A stretch of 33,309 nt of DNA from Candidatus Hydrogenedentota bacterium (GTDB lineage: Bacteria; Hydrogenedentota; Hydrogenedentia; Hydrogenedentales; GCA-2746185), in contig JAYGCN010000093.1 of the NCBI GenBank assembly GCA_046583315.1, forward strand, positions 1-33,309. Reading direction: 5' to 3'. This document shows positions 26,173-33,309 of the stretch, piece by piece. The notes beneath the pieces were generated by a model. That model saw only the letters and a list, made by a program, of their open reading frames with translations, searched no databases and had not been told where the DNA came from. Every line of letters begins with the position of its first letter. The first letter of the stretch is position 1. A program made the translations under genes and the position numbers.

Positions 26173-27510
26173 TTAATCGTCGATGGATTGGTAAACCATG
26201 TTTTTGAATACTTCTCCGAAGGGAAGTTGGGGGGGCAGGTTTTGCATCATGTAAATGCCGATAAGTTCTTCTTTCGGGTCAATCCAAAATGCCGTGCCCG
26301 CAGCGCCGCCCCAGCTGTAGGAGCCTTCGGAGACTTGCGAAGCGGAGAGGCCCTGATCGAGTACCACGGCAAATCCGAGGCCAAATGTGCTGCCGCCTGC
26401 CCGCATTCCGATGCTCGCATCCTGGCAGTGGTCTTTGGTCATTAGTTCAATGGTGGGTCGGCTGATGATGCGCGCACCATCCAGTTTGCCGCCATTGAGG
26501 AGCATCTGACAGAAGCGTGCATAGTCCGGGGTCGTTGAGACAAGACCGCCGCCACCGGAGAAGAAGGTTGGTTGATTCACAAAGTTCCGGGAGATAAAGG
26601 ATAGGGCGGGTTCGATGCCTTCTCCGCTTTGAGCTGGGGAATAGAGCTGTGCGAGACGGTCGAGTTGATCCTTGGGGACGTAGAAGCCTGTGTCGTGCAT
26701 GGCCAGCGGTGCGAAGATTCGATCTTGAAGAAAGACGTCGAAGGATTGGCCGGAGAGAACCTCGACCAGGCGTCCCATTACGTCTACGGAAATGCTGTAG
26801 TGCCAGCGTTCACCTGGCTGAAAGAGAAGGGGAGCCGTGCTGACTTTTTCGACCATTTGTTTGAGATCTTTGTCGAGCATCAGAATGCCCATCTTCTGAT
26901 ACATCTTGTCAACGTCGGTATTGCCGAACAAGCCGTAGGTCAGGCCTGCCGTGTGGCGCATCAAATCGCGTATTGTCATATCCCGTTTCGCAGGCACGGT
27001 TGCGATATCAGTTTCGATTTTCGAGGGAGCCGCGGTGCCGGTAGGGTCTTCATCCGGGATATTGAATGATGGACCAGTCTCGTCTGTAGTGTCGACGACG
27101 ACTTGTAGGCCGCCGAGTTCAGGAATGTATTTGGATACGGGATCGTCGAGGAAGAATTTTCCTTCTTCAAAAAGCATCATCAGCGCGACACTGGTAATGG
27201 GTTTGGACATGGAGTAAATTCGGTAAATGGTGTCGTTTGATGTGGGGATCTGTTTCTCACGATCCGAGAAGCCGAAATTTTCGTAGTAACCGATTTGCCC
27301 TTTACGGATAATCATGGCTGCGGCGCCGGTGATATGTCCGTCGTCTATGTCTTTTTGAATGATGGCGGAAATGCGATCAAGTCGTTCCTGGGAGAGGCCG
27401 ACTTTGGAGGGGGATACCTCGGGTAGAACGGAACTGGCAGAAGTGAGCGGGGTGATGGCGCAGAGGGCAATGGCGATGGCCCATGCGACGCGGTGGGTAG
27501 CTCTAAACAT
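26173..27510 (-). CDS. Exported serine hydrolase, class C beta-lactamase/EstB-like family
   Basis: Signal peptide, SxxK in YSMSKPIT, TIRDLMRHTAGLTY, LLFQPGERWHYS, GGGGLVST, WGGAAGT. Confidence 0.93.
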   Translation of the reverse strand: MFRATHRVAWAIAIALCAITPLTSASSVLPEVSPSKVGLSQERLDRISAIIQKDIDDGHITGAAAMIIRKGQIGYYENFGFSDREKQIPTSNDTIYRIYSMSKPITSVALMMLFEEGKFFLDDPVSKYIPELGGLQVVVDTTDETGPSFNIPDEDPTGTAAPSKIETDIATVPAKRDMTIRDLMRHTAGLTYGLFGNTDVDKMYQKMGILMLDKDLKQMVEKVSTAPLLFQPGERWHYSISVDVMGRLVEVLSGQSFDVFLQDRIFAPLAMHDTGFYVPKDQLDRLAQLYSPAQSGEGIEPALSFISRNFVNQPTFFSGGGGLVSTTPDYARFCQMLLNGGKLDGARIISRPTIELMTKDHCQDASIGMRAGGSTFGLGFAVVLDQGLSASQVSEGSYSWGGAAGTAFWIDPKEELIGIYMMQNLPPQLPFGEVFKNMVYQSIDD

Positions 27511-27604
27511 GATTCTCTCCTGGGTACATGATTTTATAAACGATTAGGGGACTGAGTGTACCGCAAATTTGCGATGGGTCACAACTTAACCGTTGAGGTG
27601 CGAA

Positions 27605-30118
27605 TTAGTGGGATATTTTGTCGAGTTTCTTGCGTACCGCACGCGTTTTCGGGTGATCCTTGCCCAGACTACCCTCATAGATGTCCAAAGCCAGCGTAAG
27701 ATGCCCCATGGCGACAATCGTGTCCCCCTGGTGCGCCAAGACCGAGCCTACACCCGCCGCATCACGGCCCACGTGGGGGTGTTCCTTCCCGAGATGGCGC
27801 GTATCCATATTCATCGCTTGTTCGTAGAAGTTGATCGCACTCTCGTATTCTCTTTCGATCTCGCATGAGCGCCCGAGTCGGTACAGGATTGTGGCGTGAT
27901 CGGAGTAGTTATCCGCGGATTGGGCCTCAATAATGCTTAGTGCCCGATTGTATAGATCTTTGGCCTGCGACGGTGCCTCCAATCCATCCATGGCTTTTCC
28001 AAGATTCACCAGAATTGAAACAAGTTCGACAGCGTCTTCGCCGTTCAATTCTGTCTGCATGGCAAGTGCCTGCTCAAGAAATATGCGCGCCTGGCCGTGC
28101 TGCTGCTGTCCGAGCATGACTATCCCGAGATTGGTAAGAAGCTTGGCCATTTCGTAGTCCTGTTCCGTCGATTCGTCACGCTCCAACAACGTGAGGGCTT
28201 CTCGATACGAGGTCTCGGCATCCGAAAGGCGTCCGACCTCTCGATAGGCGTGTCCCAAATAAAGGAGATCCATTCGCACGCGTGGGTCCTCGTTGCCCGT
28301 CATGTTCTGACCCAGACGCAGGGCTCGTTCAAGATGTTCGACGGCACCTTCCGCATCGTTGTTGTGAAGGAGCAACACGCCCAGACTGTTCAGGTATATC
28401 GCGAGTACTTCATTGTCGCATACATGGGCATTTTCCTCGGCACGAACCGCTTTGAGAAAACAATTCTGCGCCTTTGGGTAGTTCTCCAGTTTCATCCAGG
28501 TATTGCCGAAACAATGTGCGCATTCCGCCACGACGGAGTGATTCCAGCCGTAGACTTCCACGAAGGTCTTCATGGCTTTTTCGAAAGCGCGCTGGGCTCG
28601 CTTGACCTCGCCTTTCTCCTCAAGAATCATGCAAAGATTGCGTAGCGGCATGGTCAGCATCGAATCGTGGATGTTGCTGTATCGCGCCTCCTTCGCCGTG
28701 CCATACAGGGATTCGCATATCTCGATGGCACGTTCGAAACAGGCCTGGGCGCCATTGAGATTTCCTAGCTGGTGTTCCACGATTCCAAGACTATTGACGC
28801 GCGTGGCGACGGCAGGATGCACTGTGCCCAGTTTTCTTTCGGCGATATTAATTGAACGCAAGTAGCACATTTGAGTCTGTTTTTGGAGGTCACAGGCGTG
28901 AAGATACAGCCCTGCCTGATAAAGTAGCGTCGATGCCAGTGGAAGGGCCGCGTTGCAATCTTCCGCCATCTCAACGGCGCCTAGCAGATGCGGGATCAAC
29001 TGCGTGCTGACTGTCGAAGGAGAGTCGAAGGTCGCATCGGTGGGGAAAGCCTGTTCAAGCAGTTTCATTACCGCATTGATCCAATTCTTGGCCGGTTTCT
29101 CATCCATTCCTGCGCGCAATACTCTCTGAAACGACGGATGAATGGTAAACAGGTCTTGGTGTTGCGACAGTATGCCGAAATCACATAGGAGTGTCGCCAT
29201 GTCCAGGAAGGCCTTATCATCATTGAGAATGCGCGCCAGACGTGTTGTTACGATGCCCTCTCCATCTCGAAAAAGAAAGCGCGGGATGTCGTTGGGTGCC
29301 AGGAAACAACATAGCGCAAGAAAATCTTTGGCAGCGGGAATCTGGGAAGCAATTACACTGAGTGGGTAACGAATCACCATCTGAAGCGCATCGTCGTAGC
29401 CGGGCGCGTCCAATTGGTCGAGTGCCTGCCCTATGGTACTCAGCATTTGCGGCATTGTGTAATCGGAATGTAGTGCCGTCGCCGCCAGCATGTCGAGGGC
29501 ATAGGGACTATGTGGGAGAAGTGCCGGAACCTGTTCCGCGCGCACGTCGAAGGCTTCATAGCGATCAATGAAACTAGCGAGATCGAGTGGCTCGATGATC
29601 ACTTTGGAGACGTCCGTTTCCGGTGAGGGATGATGCGTCGTTATCAGAACATGTCCCATGACCGGGTCAGGAAGAAAACTGTCGATAATCGCCGGATCGG
29701 CCAAATCGTCAAATACGAGTAACCACCCTTCGTGCAGGGCAAGCCATTGCTTGACCTCATCAACGGTGTGGAATGGGTTATCTTCGTGCGCATCGCCCAT
29801 TTCGGCAGATACGGCGAGTTGCGTAAATTTCAGTGCCAAAGCGGCTTCATGCCCTCCTTCCAGCCACCAGATCGCCTGGTAGTTATCCGCCTGCCGATAG
29901 GCAAACTCTCTGGCCATCGAAGTCACGCCGGGGTTGCCATCAAGAGCCTCCGATGCCTCAAGAATGCAGATCGGCGCGGATTCGAGACGTTCATGAATCG
30001 TTTCAAGTACGCCGTGTGCGTCTGCGAATTGGCTGATCCGTGGGAACGTTATGTTCCAGATTGGCGGGAACCCCTTGCCCTGTGTTTGATTGACATTCAT
30101 CTCGAATATAATACTCAC
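27605..30118 (-). CDS. NB-ARC-like domain protein with C-terminal TPR repeats and a degenerate P-loop
   Basis: PIWNI, REFAYR, IWW, WLLVFDD, GHVLITT, LCCFLAPNDIP, then many TPR-like repeats (HPAVATRVNSLG, HPHVGRD, GKDHPKT). The start may be ATG 30100. Confidence 0.85.
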   Translation of the reverse strand: MSIIFEMNVNQTQGKGFPPIWNITFPRISQFADAHGVLETIHERLESAPICILEASEALDGNPGVTSMAREFAYRQADNYQAIWWLEGGHEAALALKFTQLAVSAEMGDAHEDNPFHTVDEVKQWLALHEGWLLVFDDLADPAIIDSFLPDPVMGHVLITTHHPSPETDVSKVIIEPLDLASFIDRYEAFDVRAEQVPALLPHSPYALDMLAATALHSDYTMPQMLSTIGQALDQLDAPGYDDALQMVIRYPLSVIASQIPAAKDFLALCCFLAPNDIPRFLFRDGEGIVTTRLARILNDDKAFLDMATLLCDFGILSQHQDLFTIHPSFQRVLRAGMDEKPAKNWINAVMKLLEQAFPTDATFDSPSTVSTQLIPHLLGAVEMAEDCNAALPLASTLLYQAGLYLHACDLQKQTQMCYLRSINIAERKLGTVHPAVATRVNSLGIVEHQLGNLNGAQACFERAIEICESLYGTAKEARYSNIHDSMLTMPLRNLCMILEEKGEVKRAQRAFEKAMKTFVEVYGWNHSVVAECAHCFGNTWMKLENYPKAQNCFLKAVRAEENAHVCDNEVLAIYLNSLGVLLLHNNDAEGAVEHLERALRLGQNMTGNEDPRVRMDLLYLGHAYREVGRLSDAETSYREALTLLERDESTEQDYEMAKLLTNLGIVMLGQQQHGQARIFLEQALAMQTELNGEDAVELVSILVNLGKAMDGLEAPSQAKDLYNRALSIIEAQSADNYSDHATILYRLGRSCEIEREYESAINFYEQAMNMDTRHLGKEHPHVGRDAAGVGSVLAHQGDTIVAMGHLTLALDIYEGSLGKDHPKTRAVRKKLDKISH

Positions 30119-30278
30119 TTTTAACCGAATTAGCCAGTAATTTGAGGGCCAATATATGCTTATACCGAAAGGTAATAATTCAATGAAAATCGATTTTATT
30201 GAATTTCGTGTCTAGTTTTCCTTAACATGGGGTAGAGTCTAACTGGACCGCCGCGCCCTTAATCGAAAGCTCCAAGAG

Positions 30279-31346
30279 ATGAAATGTCCATATCACATAA
30301 CGAAGGATGTCGCTGGGTATTGCTCGGTATGCGGCGCCTTTGTGTGTGATATATGCCTTGGAACGCATGAGGGCGCATCATTCTGCCCAAAGCACTTCAA
30401 GGCTATCGCATCGAAATTGGGACAGTCCGAGCAGGCGGCCATGGGACGCAGGCGTCAGTCCAGGCATCGTCTGATTGTTCAGAAATTGAACGGAAGCAAA
30501 CTTCAGGGGGCCTGCCGAAGCATGAACTTGCGCGATGCCGGCTTCTATCTTGAATGCGAAGACAATAACGGGGTATCCACGGACGAGTCTGTTCGCGTTC
30601 AGTTCGTGGATGTTAAGTATGTTGCACATGTCAAAAGTTATGACGGCAAGTTCGATAAGAGCGAAGAATACCAGCAATACAATGCTGGTGGTACCCACGT
30701 CGTCGTAAGTTTCAAGGATGGCGAGATACAGGAAGGCGTTACCATGCATGCCTACGTTCCTGGTCACACTCGATTCTATTTGATACCGATGGACCCGAAC
30801 TCGAACTTCATTAATATTTTGGTCGAGGCGAGTGCTCTGGAGAGGGTGTATACGCCGGAGGAATATCGCGCGTTGATGGTTCAGGAGAAAGAACTACGCA
30901 AGCAGCGCAAGGCGGATCTTTCATCATCGAGCCAGTCGGTTGATTTGGATAGCAACAATTCCAACGGCGCACTTCTGGATACGACTTCGGAGGAAGACAA
31001 CTCAACATTGAGTCAGGAAGAATCAATGGGGGATTTCTATTTCGAGACGCACAATTATCCTAGAGCGCTTGCAGAGTATGAAGTGGCTCGAAAAATACAT
31101 CTGAATTCACCGCGATTGCAGCGCAAGTGTGTCGTGACCACGGTCAACATTGGAATTCAATACATCAAATCCCGTGAATATCCAAACGCACTGGAATTTA
31201 TGGAAGCGGCATTGAAGATCGACCCCAAGAATCCGCACGCCAAGAAAAAAGCCAAACAACTCAAGAAAATTATCCAAAAGACCGAACGCCGGATGCGCGA
31301 ATACTATGAGCAACAGGCCAAAGGGCCTGACGATCATGCGTTATAG
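30279..31346 (+). CDS. Hypothetical protein with a B-box-like Zn finger, two related beta modules and a C-terminal TPR
   Basis: CPYH...CSVCGAFVCDIC...FCPKH; LIVQKLNGSKLQG...GFYL resembles VVVSFKDGEIQEG...RFYL; TPR-like ALEFMEAALKIDPKN. Confidence 0.75.
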   Translation: MKCPYHITKDVAGYCSVCGAFVCDICLGTHEGASFCPKHFKAIASKLGQSEQAAMGRRRQSRHRLIVQKLNGSKLQGACRSMNLRDAGFYLECEDNNGVSTDESVRVQFVDVKYVAHVKSYDGKFDKSEEYQQYNAGGTHVVVSFKDGEIQEGVTMHAYVPGHTRFYLIPMDPNSNFINILVEASALERVYTPEEYRALMVQEKELRKQRKADLSSSSQSVDLDSNNSNGALLDTTSEEDNSTLSQEESMGDFYFETHNYPRALAEYEVARKIHLNSPRLQRKCVVTTVNIGIQYIKSREYPNALEFMEAALKIDPKNPHAKKKAKQLKKIIQKTERRMREYYEQQAKGPDDHAL

Positions 31347-31955
31347 CTCACCAAAGCCTTTTGGGTCACCCACGGTCACATAGGAGTCATCCGGGAGCGG
31401 GGGATGCTTGGCGGGCATTTCTCCCGTGATTTCGCTGGCCGCAATCGTGATGGCCTGACCGTCCACCATGTTGCACGAGCTGGCATTGCAGATTTGAGCG
31501 AACAATTTTACGGTCGCGTCTCCGGTCCCTGTTTTTTCCACTGGAACGGCAAAGTACGTCGTGTTCTCGAAACCCCAGGTGTACCATTTGATTTCCGTCA
31601 TGCTGAGATCTTTCGGGGTGGATTGAATCCACCTGCCTGTCACTTTCAAACCGCCTGAAACTTCGATGCGCGTGGGTAATTCGGTATCCGGCTTCTCTTT
31701 GCCTGTTTTTTTCTGGGCGCGCTGGAGGTTATCCATCGAGTAGGTATGCCAACCTTTGCCATGGGCGGCTTCGACAACGAGGTAACCTGAGTCGACTTTG
31801 GCGCGATAGGAAATGACGGTGCCTTGTCGACGCCGCATGATGGTAAGCGGCTCAGACCAGTCCGCCGCGAAGGCTGGGCCGACATCAAGCAGCACAGTGG
31901 CGATCAACACCGCCGAGAGGATGAAGTATTTTGCAATGCTGCGCGTGTGAATCAT
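31341..31955 (-). CDS. Exported DsbD N-terminal-like domain protein
   Basis: Signal peptide ending AFA, GWHTYS, PTRI, QICNASSC. Its start overlaps the upstream gene's stop by 4 bp. Confidence 0.7.
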   Translation of the reverse strand: MIHTRSIAKYFILSAVLIATVLLDVGPAFAADWSEPLTIMRRRQGTVISYRAKVDSGYLVVEAAHGKGWHTYSMDNLQRAQKKTGKEKPDTELPTRIEVSGGLKVTGRWIQSTPKDLSMTEIKWYTWGFENTTYFAVPVEKTGTGDATVKLFAQICNASSCNMVDGQAITIAASEITGEMPAKHPPLPDDSYVTVGDPKGFGEL

Positions 31956-33214
31956 CGTTCCGCCTTTCTAAAATTCTGCATGTGACTATACGCTTTCATT
32001 TCGATTTGTTCGCCGTCGCGCAAGACCTCGAATATCATTTTCTCATCAGCACTTTTGCGCAACTGAATATAACGTTCGACGTATAGGGTATCAGGATCGC
32101 TCATGGCACCGTCCACCGAGATGACAATATCGCCTTCTTTCAGCTGATGCAAATTATAGACCTGTGCCGCTGGGTCCACCTCCACGATGCGGCTGGCAAA
32201 GCCGTATTCCGGTAGTTGACGTGCCACCTTCTCTTCTTTGGATAACGGCTCCGACCAGAAAAAAACCACGGGTTCGACGGTCCAATAGCGGAAATAGAGG
32301 TCGGTGAACCACCACTCCGACGGCAGTGTCACATCCAGCGTATGAGGCTCGCCCTTGCGGGAGACATTCAGGGTAATGGCCTTCGCCTGTCGATCAACTT
32401 GGTCGTAATAATACTGAAGATCGCCGAAGGTGTATACGGACGTGCCGTTGATGGCCGTGATTTCGTCTCCCGGGCGCATCCCGGCTTTTGCCACCGTTCC
32501 GCCCGCGCGTTCCACGACGAGACCTTTGGGTACATCCAGATGAATGCCTATCGTTCGAATGTCTGGTGAGCGGAATAAATCCCGGATCGCATCGAGCGTG
32601 CCGTCCTCTTTCTTGCGTTGCGCATCGTAATCGCCGATGAGATGGCATTCCACGCAGCGTCCACGCTCGGTTACTTCTTCGAAGAGCACCCGATTGTCGC
32701 GCGGCAACACTTTCTTGGGAAGCGGTTTTTCGGGTAGCAAGCCCTTCTTGTATTGGTCGTGCAACTCGAGACCCTGACCGAGTGCTTTCTCAAGACTTTC
32801 AAGATTTAGATAGGACTCGGGAGAGACCTCATCGCGACCACCATATCGCAGGTAGATTTGCTCGTCCGCATTCACGATGAAGTAGTAGACCGCATTGTGG
32901 CGATCATAGTCGTATAAGCCGATATTGATGCCGTCCATCTCGGTGATACGCACGGGCACGTACTGTTCGATTAACTGGCCCATGGATGAAGTTTTCGGAG
33001 TCTGCACAACCTGTGCATCAAAAAGGCGACAAGCCATTCACGGAACGCATCGAAAGTTGAGCAGCATCGGTTTTCCGGATATTTTCGCTTGGCGAAGTCC
33101 TTCGTCGTAGCTGTTAATCCAATTGAAGTACAGGGTGTCGTCTGAGGCGTGAGCGTTGAGAATCGATCCGAATGCGATGCAGGCAGTAATTATCGTTTTC
33201 ATATAATGTTTCAT
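31952..33214 (-). CDS. Exported thioredoxin-fold / CxxCH / PDZ (seleno)protein with an in-frame UGA at 33040-33038 read as Sec; 420 aa from ATG 33214
   Basis: Upstream of the ORF-track start the same frame encodes MKHYMKTIITACIAFGSILNAHASDDTLYFNWINSYDEGLRQAKISGKPMLLNFRCVP-UGA-MACRLFD, which is a signal peptide plus a Thioredoxin_7-type start. The protein continues with RYGGRD, CVECH and PDZ-like AGMRPGDEITAING. Alternative ATG at 33202. Confidence 0.85.
33003..33017 (-). promoter_or_regulatory. Putative bacterial SECIS hairpin
   Basis: mRNA UGCACA-GGU-UGUGCA forms a perfect 6-bp stem starting 20 nt after the UGA, with a G-led apical loop. Confidence 0.65.
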
Positions 33215-33272
33215 AAGTCTTTCTGAGGTTAGAGGGTCACAAATAATAACGAATAACCTGCCAATAAACCAA

Positions 33273-33309
33273 CTTACTTTTCTTTCCGGAAGAGTGAAAA
33301 GTAAGCAAA
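33273..33309. repeat. REP-like palindrome, cut by the window edge
   Basis: CTTACTTTTC (33273-33282) and GAAAAGTAAG (33296-33305) followed by CAAA. The arms are identical to the copy at 1055-1093. Confidence 0.75.

Noticed and set aside
30145..30160. GG-N10-GC (AGGGCCAATATATGCT) upstream of the 30279 gene as a sigma54 promoter
   Set aside because: Poor match at the -24 element and expected by chance.
33035..33214. Reading TGA-ATG as a real stop plus restart (58-aa peptide and 361-aa protein)
   Set aside because: It would cut the thioredoxin fold at its active-site motif and leave the large part without a signal peptide or RBS. The SECIS-like hairpin favours read-through, though re-initiation cannot be fully excluded.
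1..33309. CRISPR array, tRNA/rRNA, integrase or transposase
   Set aside because: No regularly spaced repeats, RNA gene signatures or recombinase motifs were seen, and intergenic gaps are short.

Overview
Bacterial chromosomal window, densely coding, with no rRNA, tRNA, CRISPR array or transposase seen. Left to right it holds: a partial Ada/AlkA alkylation-repair gene missed by the ORF track; a Leu/Phe/Val dehydrogenase; three predicted exported proteins (Tat-signal limonene-epoxide-hydrolase-fold, VOC, beta-rich); a minus-strand yycJ-like/PocR-AraC/small Cys protein/hypothetical/epoxide hydrolase run divergent from rpoN; a Tat aldo-keto reductase; a 7-gene minus-strand envelope/ABC-2 operon; a di-haem cytochrome + PhnD/C/E-like ABC transporter + DtxR/MntR operon; R2lox; a serine hydrolase; a degenerate NB-ARC-TPR protein; a zinc-finger/TPR protein; a DsbD-N-like protein; and a thioredoxin-fold/CxxCH/PDZ protein. 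Main highlights: (1) the last gene reads through an in-frame UGA in C-V-P-U-M-A-C followed by a SECIS-like hairpin, so it is very probably an exported selenoprotein that the ORF track truncates; (2) a Phn-like transporter with no phosphonate catabolism genes, grouped with an atypical di-haem protein and a metal-sensing repressor; (3) back-to-back sigma70 promoters with a sigma54 site over the rpoN transcription start; (4) a REP-like palindrome family, one copy of which lies in frame inside a signal peptide; (5) a sharp G/C skew flip near 2.3-2.4 kb that ignores gene orientation. All product calls come from motif recognition by eye, not database searches.
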